DNA of 64,000 nucleotides, counting the filler, from Dirinaria sp. TL-2023a (lineage: Eukaryota), in assembly GCA_051941275.1 (NCBI GenBank). It is 31 parts of 31 records of this genome, joined end to end, with 100 filler letters (N's around TTAATTAATTAA, not from the genome) between each part and the next. Parts side by side here need not be neighbours in the genome. Positions count along the whole stretch, not along the records: positions 62,233 to 64,000 come from JAVEBF010002543.1; 30 more parts are not named here. The stretch is one strand, 5' to 3'. Every line of letters begins with the position of its first letter. Within the stretch, counting starts at the first letter, position 1. The notes under the pieces are model-generated. The model ran no database searches and was not told the origin of the DNA. It was given only the letters and a program-made list of their open reading frames with translations. The position numbers were made by a program, and so were the translations under genes. This document shows, piece by piece, positions 62,761 through 64,000 of the stretch.

Positions 62761-64000
62761 TTATTCCAATTGCATACTAACGAGGCTGCCTATTCTGTTT
62801 CGAAACTTGGTCCATGAGTGTTCATGGTTTCTTGAGCCGGATTTCTTCCTTTTAATGGCATTGGCTGTAGTCTTGGCATCGTGTATGTTCACACTGCCTA
62901 CTTGCTCGTTGTCATAATCCTCACTACCATCGTCCTTGTTGGCACCGTACACACGCTTTTTTTCATCCATGATTACCTCCAGACGTTCGAGAACCTCTTT
63001 CACTCTCAGTACCATCTCATGATCAGGACCCAACAGCTCTTCATATCCATTTTTAACATCTGCGAAGATGGCTTTTGCTTTGACACAATCTTCCTCGTCA
63101 CGGACCCAGGGCTGAGTCGAATCTTTTATGATGAGTTTCCGGAAGTATATCATTCCTAAATTCTCCTTGAACCTTAACAATACAATCGGTTCGTCAGACA
63201 ATGTCTTTTCGACCATACTGATAGTCTCCGTCAACATTTTGATTGCGTTATTGAAATCTTGGATAACACAGTAGTACATAGAGTATATTCTTCGAGCGGA
63301 AAGAGTCCTGGAATGATCCGGTCCATGTATGTTCATGAAGTATTCGTTTGCTTGTTTCAGCAAGTCACCTGCTTCATTGACTTCTTCTTGAGATCTACCT
63401 GAAACCAACAAACATAAAGCGAGATGTACTTGGGACTCGGCGATCTCGGACTCTTTAAGAGGCATCCGCTTCGACCACTCCTCAAGAATATATCTAGCTT
63501 TTTTAAGCGATGTGTGGATATCTGTATTGCCAAGTCGGGCATTAAGCTGCATACGAAGTGCTTTCAAGTCACCATTGTCCTCGTCTCTGTATCTATATAA
63601 TGCCATCTGATCTAAGGTCTGCCATTTCTGCTGACGAGCGAGAACGCGTTCGAAGACCCTTACTGCAGCTTTAGTGCTGCTATTACGATCAGCTTGTCCC
63701 AAAAAATTTGTAAGATAGGATATGTGTTTCGCCAGTAAGCTCTCTTCATAGATAGTTGAACTTTTCGAGGCGATGGCATACATCGAAACGGCCATTTTGA
63801 CGGTGCTCGTTTTCTCTTCTTGGGAAAGGCGGTCGAAAGCCCAGGTGTGCACTAAGGGATGCATGTGCAGAGCTTTATTGCTCTGCAGAGAAATTGTATC
63901 GTAGTAAACAAGGTGATGTGACTCTATTTCAGAGACCGCATCCTCATACGTAGTGCCAACCCACTTATCAATGTCATCGACAGCCGTAAGGTCCAGGAAT
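62761..64000 (-). CDS. NLR-like (NB-ARC/NACHT-TPR) protein, C-terminal part
   Basis: MHPLVHTWA winged-helix motif, then TPR-like units (HGPDHSRTL, LGPDHEMVL). Confidence 0.82.
   Translation of the reverse strand, partial: FLDLTAVDDIDKWVGTTYEDAVSEIESHHLVYYDTISLQSNKALHMHPLVHTWAFDRLSQEEKTSTVKMAVSMYAIASKSSTIYEESLLAKHISYLTNFLGQADRNSSTKAAVRVFERVLARQQKWQTLDQMALYRYRDEDNGDLKALRMQLNARLGNTDIHTSLKKARYILEEWSKRMPLKESEIAESQVHLALCLLVSGRSQEEVNEAGDLLKQANEYFMNIHGPDHSRTLSARRIYSMYYCVIQDFNNAIKMLTETISMVEKTLSDEPIVLLRFKENLGMIYFRKLIIKDSTQPWVRDEEDCVKAKAIFADVKNGYEELLGPDHEMVLRVKEVLERLEVIMDEKKRVYGANKDDGSEDYDNEQVGSVNIHDAKTTANAIKRKKSGSRNHEHSWTKFRNRIGSLVSMQLE

Overview
This window is not contiguous. It is about 31 unrelated ~2 kb contigs joined by N-padded TTAATTAATTAA linkers, so adjacency across linkers means nothing. 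The DNA is from a filamentous ascomycete fungus: short GT-AG introns with CTAAC/CTGAC branch sites, and recognisable partial genes for SAM50, UBC6, a phosducin-like protein, PUF6, UreD, SCC3, an ORT1-like carrier, an M20 amidohydrolase, ARD1, a PAQR protein, an MFS transporter and NLR-like TPR proteins. Roughly a quarter to a third of the contigs are LTR-retrotransposon debris. The strongest signal is a RIP-like hypermutation of repeats with an unusual CpC->TpC (GG->GA) target. It can be read directly by aligning a near-intact Gypsy gag (1205-2006) with a mutated relative (45851-46888). Other notable items: a 954 bp Copia-type TRIM with identical LTRs; a 580 bp unit of two different LTRs around a tRNA-like structured core; a Cys-cluster/coiled-coil antisense ORF in the 3' region of a chromovirus; a stand-alone Copia Gag-like ORF; and a -1 gag-pol frameshift site. 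All calls are by-eye recognition; no searches were run.
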